A stretch of 58,839 nucleotides of DNA, counting the filler, from Dugesia japonica (lineage: Eukaryota), in assembly GCA_001938525.1 (NCBI GenBank). It is 5 parts of 5 records of this genome, joined end to end, with 100 filler letters (N's around TTAATTAATTAA, not from the genome) between each part and the next. Parts side by side here need not be neighbours in the genome. Positions count along the whole stretch, not along the records: positions 43,800 to 58,839 come from MQRL01646143.1; 4 more parts are not named here. One strand, 5' to 3'. Below the pieces are notes generated by a model. The model did no database searches and was not told the DNA's origin. It saw only the letters and a program-made list of their open reading frames with translations. Every line of letters begins with the position of its first letter. Position 1 is the stretch's first letter. A program made the position numbers and the translations under genes. Below are positions 51,020 through 58,839 of the stretch, in pieces.

Positions 51020-51435
51020 AAGTTTTGGATTTCTTGAAAACATTTGGAATTAGAACAACTACAAATTTTGATCTTTATTCAATTGCAAACTTTTTAAAAA
51101 TACCATTAGAAATTTACATGAAAAATGAGTTGCCTGATAATTTTTAAAATGATATGAATTATATTTTTAATTATCAAAATACAAAACAAAATGGAACTCA
51201 TTGGGTCGCAATGAAGAATAATCATTATTTTGACTCTTTTGGTTTAAAACCATTTCATAAAGATCTTGAGAAGCACATTATAAAATTTAATGAAATTCAA
51301 GTTCAACCTTTTGAAACAAGGATTTGTGGAGTGCTCTGTATTTATTTTTTGTACAGCTTTCCAAAAAAATCTTTTGATAAAATTATTACTGAAATAAATG
51401 AACATATTTGGAGAAAGCTTACAAACGATGAATGA
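51001..51435 (+). pseudogene. Adenain-like cysteine protease
   Basis: GTHWVA, YFDSFG and QVQ..CGVLCIYFL catalytic motifs. One in-frame stop near 51146. Confidence 0.9.
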
Positions 51436-52660
51436 TTTAGAAATCATAAATCACATTTTTGGTAAATTCAGAATAGCTGATGGAACTAATGAAAAAACAT
51501 TTGTAAATGAATCTGGTGATTGTATTAAATCTTTAAAAATTCTAGACGAGCCTAAAGATGAATTTGACGCAGTAAATTTAAAATATATTGAAAGTAAATT
51601 AAAAATTAATAATGTAGAAAATTTAAAATTTCTTAAAACCCGTGATGTAGAAAATTTACAATATTTCGAAAGCAAATTAAAAATTTTAAAAATTCCTAGG
51701 GATCCTAAACATGAATATGATCCAGTAAATTTTAAATTTTTAAAAAGTAAATTAAAAACTTTAAAAATTCCTGATGACCCTAAAAATGAAGATGATCCAG
51801 TAAATTTTAAATTTCTCAAAAAATTTATTTACAAGTTTGTTTCCGAAAATAATCCAAAACTAAAAGATGATGTTGAAAATTTAAAAAAAACAAATTTTTA
51901 TTCTTAAAAAACAAATTGATCCTTTATTTCCTTGGGATGAGGAATTTGAAAAGATAAAAGAACATCTTAACCCCGAATATGTAAAAAAAATTAATAGAAA
52001 TTTAGAAATATATAAAACAACTAAATCTGTGGGGGCATTAGAAAAATTTAAAGAATTAATTGATAATTATTTACCATGCGGGGGAATGAAATTTTTTGCA
52101 AATAGTTTAAGTTTGTTTATGTTTTTTAAAATGTTTTTTTTTACTTAAAGATAATAATAAATTTCCATATTATTCCGGGCGTAGTTTTTACGCAACCCTT
52201 GAAAATGTAATAATAAGTGGTCGTTGGGAATATCTTAATGAAAAACTATTTTTTTCTTATGGGTCCTTTAAAACTTTATTTTACAGCTAAAACATCTATT
52301 GGTCCAATATGTATTTTTATTGGTGGTTATACGAAAATAAATAAAATTAGTATTATTATTAATATCTGGTTCTGATGAAATTTTAGATTTTACTTATGAA
52401 AAACTAGGAAAATTTAAATTAGAAATAAACACCCTAACTCTTAAATCTGATAGAAATAATAATATAGAACTCGATAAAGATGTTTTAACTGATAAAAAAT
52501 TAGAGCATGTAAAGAATAATTTAACAAGTATAGATATAAAAAATTTTCTTTTAATTCTTCCGGAAAATATTTATATTAATAACCTTATTATTATTCCTTC
52601 TTGTCTTGAAGATGCAAGAAAAAAAATATTCAATGAACTAAGAAAATTTATCTGTATAAA
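51398..52660 (+). pseudogene. Repeat-containing, fibre-like ORF
   Basis: 3-4 copies of LKI..(E/D)PK.E.D(A/P)VN(L/F)K(Y/F) in 51398-51907. Probably continues by frameshift to about 52660. Confidence 0.45.
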
Positions 52661-53190
52661 ATGGCAGACGAATCCGTGTATCCAGATTTAAAAAACTATC
52701 CACAAGAAATAAACAATTATACACTTGAAGACCTAAAAAGTAAATTGTCATCCCTAAGAATTAAAGATTTTGAAAATGACCTTTATTTTATAATTGATAA
52801 AATAAAACACTATCAAAAAATTTATAAAAATGGACCACAACCGATGAGGTTATAAAAATTACTCAAATTTTAATTGGAACTGGTGTGGCCATCGCAAGTG
52901 TAATTTTTGCAACTCCAATTGGCCTGGGAATTACTACAATTGGACTTCCTATAAAAACTGGAATACGATCTACAATTCCAATTTCTGGTGGATTAAATTC
53001 TTCATTAATACAAAAGAAGAAAAAGAAGTACTTAAATTTAATTAGAAAATTANAGGCTGTTAAAAATAAACTTTTTCTATTTCAACAGAAAGCCTTACAT
53101 GATAATATTTTAAGTGATGAAGAAATTTTTACAAGTAAAAATATGATTCGTGAAGTTCAAGAAATAATTTTAAAATCCAAAGCAACTTAA
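52661..53190 (+). pseudogene. Polinton hydrophobic/transmembrane protein (frameshifted)
   Basis: Starts with YPDL, has a central hydrophobic Gly-rich segment and ends with ALHDNILSDEE. Confidence 0.5.
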
Positions 53191-56100
53191 AACTCTATTT
53201 AAAAGTTCGAATCTTAAATCCCACGTTTGACATTCTTCACAATAAAATTTATTACCGTGTGGCCATGTCACAATTCCGTTATCCTCTAATAAAACTTTAT
53301 CATCATAAGCACATAATGCAATTTTAATATTTTCTATTAATTCAATCTAATGTTTATTAGATAGTAAACTATAATTCACTCCATAAATTATTTGCCTTGC
53401 ATCTTCTAAAATTTTATCATACGACTACATTTTTATATCATTTGCATTACTAATACCCTTATCTTTTCTATATAAACTTATAACATCATAAATAAATGCG
53501 TAACATTTCGCCCTTATAAAATCTGCCTGTGTCATTTCGGCGTCTGGCATTTCGTCTTTCATTTGAAAGAGTTCTTTGCCTAATAATGTTTTCAACTTGT
53601 CCAAATTTTCTTGACCGGTTATTTCCACAAAAAGGGAATCTGTATAATGAATTTTATAATTTTCCATTCCAATTAATGGCATCATACATACAAATCATAC
53701 ATTACCTCTTTTGCGTATTCCAAAATACTAAAACCAACATAAGGAAATTTATTATATTTTAAAGTGGTTTGTTGCATGTGCATGGCTGCTGTGGTTTCGG
53801 AAAAAGTTTTTGAAGATATGTAAGTTGTCTTTGATGCAAACTTTTGAAAGTCTTTATCAGTTCCTACAATTTCAACGTTACATCTTTTCCTAATGTTTTC
53901 TAGGGTCTTTCCATAAAAGGAATTATTTAATGTCTTGAAAAAATAATCCCCAAAATCGTCACCATTTCGTTTCGCCTCGTTTCTCTTAGCAATGTTAAAA
54001 AGAATATATTCTCTTAACCACGGTCTTGTTAAAATTTTATATTTACAATGAATTCTTTTCAACATCATCCCGAGTTCAAGATACAAATCCAATGTGCTAC
54101 CAAGGATTATGTAATTATACTTGTCAAACTGATTTACTGTTAATTTTATGTTATCCTTGGAAAGTTTTTTATAAAATGCTCTTTGATATGGAGGCAACAT
54201 TTCTCTTGAATATTTATCCTCTCTGGGGCTAAGGGATAATATCTTGTTTTTTCATGTATCTCTGGAGGATATTCTAAATCCACCTCATAGAAGAAATTAT
54301 ACTCTTCTGTTGCCTCTTCATAAGTTAATTCCTCACATTCTTTGAATTCACCAGTTGGTAATGGCTTTGTCATGCATGCTGAATATAAACTATTTTGATC
54401 CAAATATTTTATAAATGTATCATCTAAATATTTTTTAGGAATTTCTTCATTAGAATTTAAAATTTTTATTAATTCCTCAAAATCTGCTTTATTTAATTGA
54501 TTTGTGAATGGATCTTTATTTCTTCTATGACTAAAGACTTGTCTGTCGCCAGTTACTGCAGAAAGGCCGCCCCGACTTCCTCGTTTGGTTTTTAAAAAGT
54601 AATTAAAAGTTTTTTCATTTGCATATTTTAACCAAACTTTTGAAAATTTTGTTCCTGCCGCCCAAGTAAGTCCTGCTGCAGAATAACAGTAACAAGGGTC
54701 AATTTCATAATAATCTAAGGACATTTCCCGAAGATTTTCCATGAAATCAGCAAGAATTAAAACGTCAATTTTCATATAATGTAATGTGTATTCCCATAGA
54801 TTTCGAAATCTACCAAAATCATTGAGAAATTTCTTATATTCTTCGTCGGTTATATCTTTTTGTTTGAACTTGATGTAAAAGTTTCTTTTTCTTGGGATGC
54901 GGGGTGATTTTAAACGTTTTATTGTTTTTTCAATATTTTTTCCTTTTACATATTCGTATGGAAATAATATTTTTTTGGGTTTGTGATTGAAAGATTTTAA
55001 ATGCGGATATTTACCGGTTTTATTTAAAGTTGTCGCCATTTTTTCTATGGACATGAGAGTGCACATTTTATTAGAGTCTAAAAATCTAATTCTTTTAAAC
55101 GTAAAAGAAATATATTTTTCATCCGAATGAGGAATGATTTTTTTGATATCTTCTGGGTTTTTTTCTAAAAGTTCCCTAAAGAATAAGTGATTATCGTAGC
55201 CGGTTGCATTGTGTAAATAAAATGGAACAAAGAAATTTTTGTTGATATTTTTATATTTTAGATTGCAAAATTCGTGTGAGTGGCCCATGAATTCTCCTGT
55301 AAAATAATTATGAACTTCTTCTATCTTTTCTTTTATTTTTCTCTTACAATAACAACANNNNNNNNNNNNNNNNNNNNNNNNNNNNNNNNNNNNNNNNNNN
55401 NNNNNNNNNNNNNNNNNNNNNNNNNNNNNNNNNNNNNNNNNNNNNNNNNNNNNNNNNNNNNNNNNNNNNNNNNNNNNNNNNNNNNNNNNNNNNNNNNNNN
55501 NNNNNNNNNNNNNNNNNNNNNNNNNNNNNNNNNNNNNNNNNNNNNNNNNNNNNNNNNNNNNNNNNNNNNNNNNNNNNNNNNNNNNNNNNNNNNNNNNNNN
55601 NNNNNNNNNNNNNNNNNNNNNNNNNNNNAAAGAGAAATCACGATTCTCTGGCATGAATTTTGTTGCCTGAGGTTTATGATGAATACATTCATCTTGATGT
55701 TTTTTAAATAATGTTTTACTTTGATAAGCATTCATACAATTTATACACAAATGTTTTTTATGGTCATCACTAATAAATCCATTTAAATTTTTACATAAAA
55801 TATAATGACCCTCATAAATTAATAAATTACATTTATTTTCTTCTTGTGGTGGGTTGGGATCATAATGATAAATATGAACTGGTTGTAATATTTTTTCCCA
55901 ATTTGTTATTTTTAACTCAATGACGTTAATTTTCCAATTGTTTAATCTTTCAAATATTTCTACATTATGATTTTTTGTTGGAAAATTAACCCCGGTTAAA
56001 TTAAATTCATTAATATGAGGTAAATAATTATTTTCCCTTGTTGGGTGAAGATAAGTATATTTATATGTTAAGATGGAATAAAGAAAACATTTGTTATCAT

Positions 56101-56901
56101 TATTTTTTATATTAACAACTCCCATGTTAATAAATGTCAACTTCACATATGTGGCCCCCACTAATGATTTGTAACGTTCAAGAGTAAATGTAAAATTTAT
56201 TATAAAATCGAGAGACCCCCCCTCTCACTTTTTTCCTTATCTGATAAATATTTATCTATTTCAGTAATTAAACTTCCCACAGAATTTTCAATTTNAGATG
56301 CAATTGATATTCTTATATTTTTTGCATAAGACCTGAGAGTTCTTGTTGTTTCCACATTATTTAAGGTTTTACTATATTTCCCTAATGCAGAAAGCCGAAT
56401 TATTATTTGTCCCTTTAAACTAAAGAACCTTACTGTTATTTCATTTAAATCCCTTGTGTAAAAAATCATTTGTTTAAATCCTGTTTCAGAAATGTCATTA
56501 TTAAACTCGATTTTACTATTTCTAAAATATTCTATTTTATATTCCCGATATTTTTCAATATTAAAAGCCGTTATAAGATCTGCCGCCTCTTCTCTTATTT
56601 CAGGTAATGGCAATTGTCTTCTGTGCGCCTCTCCCGCGTAATGCGTTTTTGCTGCACCTTGATTAGAAAATGTTAAATGACAAATTTCACATCTCAAACT
56701 TACATTGTCTAGATTCCAACATAATGAAGCGATTTTATGTTTTTGTAAATGTTTAATAGCTTTAAATCTTTCCCCACACCTCTCACATGGGATTAAATTT
56801 TCTGGTCTTCTGCGCACAAATAAATTTATATAGGTTGTAAGACCNNNNNNNNNNNNNNNCACTCTTCCACAATACTGACATTTGTTTATTACCACTTCCA
56901 T
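53190..56901 (-). pseudogene. Protein-primed DNA polymerase B with N-terminal C2H2 zinc fingers
   Basis: CERC..HLQKH and CEIC..HYAGEAH fingers. HNATGYDNHL, DVLILADFMEN, YLDQNSLY, KTLNNSFYGK, YTDSL and YDDK motifs. About 4-5 frameshifts. Confidence 0.95.
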
Positions 56902-56994
56902 TTTATAAAGATAAACTTTAATCATATTTATAAAAAATGGTGGCTTAAAATTGGGGGTGTAAAGGTACCCTCTTTAAGAGGAAATTTTTTATAA

Positions 56995-57207
56995 AAATTT
57001 TTCATGCCCGATTTTAAATTTCCCGATTTTTTTATGAAAAATCTTTTATGAAAATTTTTCATGCCCGATTTTTTATTTCCTGATTTTTCATGCCCCAATC
57101 GGTCATTTTTATGTTTCATTTAATTTTTTATAAAAAATTCGCTATTTTTTGGTTTTTTTTATTAAAAATTAAAAATTTTAAAAAAATCGTGGCGGCTAAG
57201 ATTAGCC
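56995..57207. repeat. Subterminal tandem repeats and terminal micro-hairpin of element D
   Basis: TTTTTCATGCCC(G/C) x3 alternating with TTTCC(C/T)GATTTTT; ends in GGCTAA-GA-TTAGCC (57194-57207). Confidence 0.75.
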
Positions 57208-57972
57208 ATATTATCATTACTGACGGGGCTCTATCAATGGTCAGTCAAAGTATATGTGACATTTGCAAAACTTCAGAACAGTGTGATTTATTTAAACAAC
57301 TACTTCTTTCATAAGGAAGCACTCATTGTAAAAACATTACCCAAAGAATTAGAAAGTGTTTTGACTAGCGTTGTTAATTTGGTCAAATACATAAAATCGA
57401 GACCGTTGAAATCTCTCATTTTTAAGAAACTGTGTTTAGCGATTGAAGAAAAATACGAAAGCTTATTTCTTCATACAGATATCAAAAGGGTTTCTCGAGG
57501 TAAAGTGCTTTCTCGAGTGATGGAATTAGAAAACGAATTGCTTATTTTCTTCGAAAACAAAAATAAATTATTCGCGCAAGATCTTAAGAATGATATGTAG
57601 TATGATAAATTGGGTCATTTAGCAGACATTTTTAATTATATCAACACTGTAAATACAACATTTCAAGGTACAAATGAAAACTTCTTTACATCAACAGACA
57701 AACTGTCAGCTTTCTATAAAAATATCAGTCTTTGGAAAAAAATACGGAAAGAAAATAATCTTAGCATGTTTTCTTCCGTGCAAAGCAATAGCATCGATTG
57801 TGTTTCTTTGATATCACAACATTTAATATTACTGGACACAAACGTAACAAAATATTTTCCTTCTCTGAACACGGAAAAATATGACTGGGTGAGGAATCCG
57901 TTTTATTCAAAAGAATTATGTAATAATTCTGATTTTAGTGTGTCATATACCAATAAGTATTTCTCATCCTAA
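57208..57972 (+). pseudogene. hAT Buster-family (FAM200/SCAND3-like) transposase fragment
   Basis: ITDGALSM, FFHKEALIVKTLP..VL..V.YIKSRPL..F..LC, LHTDIKRVSRGKVL.R..EL, LADIF..N and WVRNPF. Confidence 0.9.
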
Positions 57973-58500
57973 AGTGGAGCGATACTCGTTTTCACATCAA
58001 TCAATATTTGTGACTCTAAGTGAGATCAAATTTTTGGAAAATTTTGCTTCTGTACAATATCAAATTTGACCGCTGCTGCCAGAGAAAATTTGAGAAAGCT
58101 GTTACTCGAATTTCTGTTACATTACTTAAAAAATATATAGAATGAACCTAATGAAACAACCTACTACTAAATTAAGTGTATAAAGTTGTAATAATGTTCT
58201 TATGGTACAGTGATATTCTTACCAATTCAGACTCGATTATCGTCTTTATTTAATAAAGCGCCTTTGGGACACTTAAAACTACAAAGCTGCTGATTTTTTG
58301 TCTCAATTCTGAATTGATTTATCTTATCATTATTATTGTAACTGTCAAGATATGACCGGTGTGATATATTTTTATTTTTTTAAGGTTGCGTCTTTGGCTT
58401 TCAAAGATACTTTCTTGCTTAGTAGACTATAATATTTCGGTCTTAAGAATAACTATTTTTATATTTCTTCCATTTACTTCCGTTCTTGAATGTTCTGAAT

Positions 58501-58839
58501 TTAAACTTCTCTAGTGAAAGGGATATCTTGTGCAATAATATCCAGAAGCTCATTTCTAAAGATTAATCTTGATAGTTTTTCCAATTTCATATTTCCAATT
58601 TCAAGGAAAAAATGATTTGCATCTCCGGATTCACTATTTATAATACAAATTTTTTCTTTCCGATACTTTTCCAATTCAGTGTATTGCAATTCATACATTC
58701 TCAATTTAAATAGCTCAAATACCGTCTTTCTGATGTATCTTGGTCGATCAAAGCATAAATTTTCCTTACTGAGCAGAGAATATAGAGCAATATCATTTTT
58801 TGACAATTTATATCCACTTCACGATGTTTAATGATTGAT
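58501..58839 (-). CDS. Probable host exon, unknown product
   Basis: Open frame of more than 100 codons close to the window end, with protein-like composition. No motif recognised. Confidence 0.35.

Larger units (their letters stand above)
46168..57207. mobile_element. Near-complete Polinton/adintovirus-like element D (11 kb, decaying, both ends truncated)
   Basis: Capsid, integrase, ATPase, minor capsid and protease on +; pPolB on -. Subterminal tandem repeats at the right end. Confidence 0.95.

Overview
Very AT-rich eukaryotic DNA, most likely an invertebrate (host genes have about 36-50 nt GT-AG introns). It is not one locus: four artificial 100-bp spacers (44 N + TTAATTAATTAA + 44 N) join five unrelated contigs (1-11684, 11785-21192, 21293-29796, 29897-43699, 43800-58839). 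The window is dominated by Polinton/Maverick (adintovirus-like) endogenous elements of two lineages. One is a near-complete but decaying 11-kb element (46168-57207) with major capsid, ZnF-PLA2-integrase fusion, packaging ATPase, core/lytic-like peptide, PZ-like protein, minor capsid, adenain protease, fibre-like repeat ORF, TM protein and ZnF-pPolB. There is also a related pPolB fragment (24907-29602) and two fragments of a second lineage (ATPase-integrase-penton order, chromodomain visible in the first; about 22140-24906 and 32360-34114). The most unusual signal is a family of AGTAG-starting termini that carry a built-in terminal hairpin. These termini mark nested Polinton-into-Polinton junctions, and one occurs alone as a 175-bp mini-element inside an integrase gene. 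The 11-kb element is bracketed by a 107-bp inverted duplication of hAT transposase coding sequence. Also present are three mariner relics, an IR/DR Tc1, a fold-back MITE, Gypsy, Helitron and hAT-Buster relics, a PABPN1 gene and the 5' exons of a cytochrome P450.
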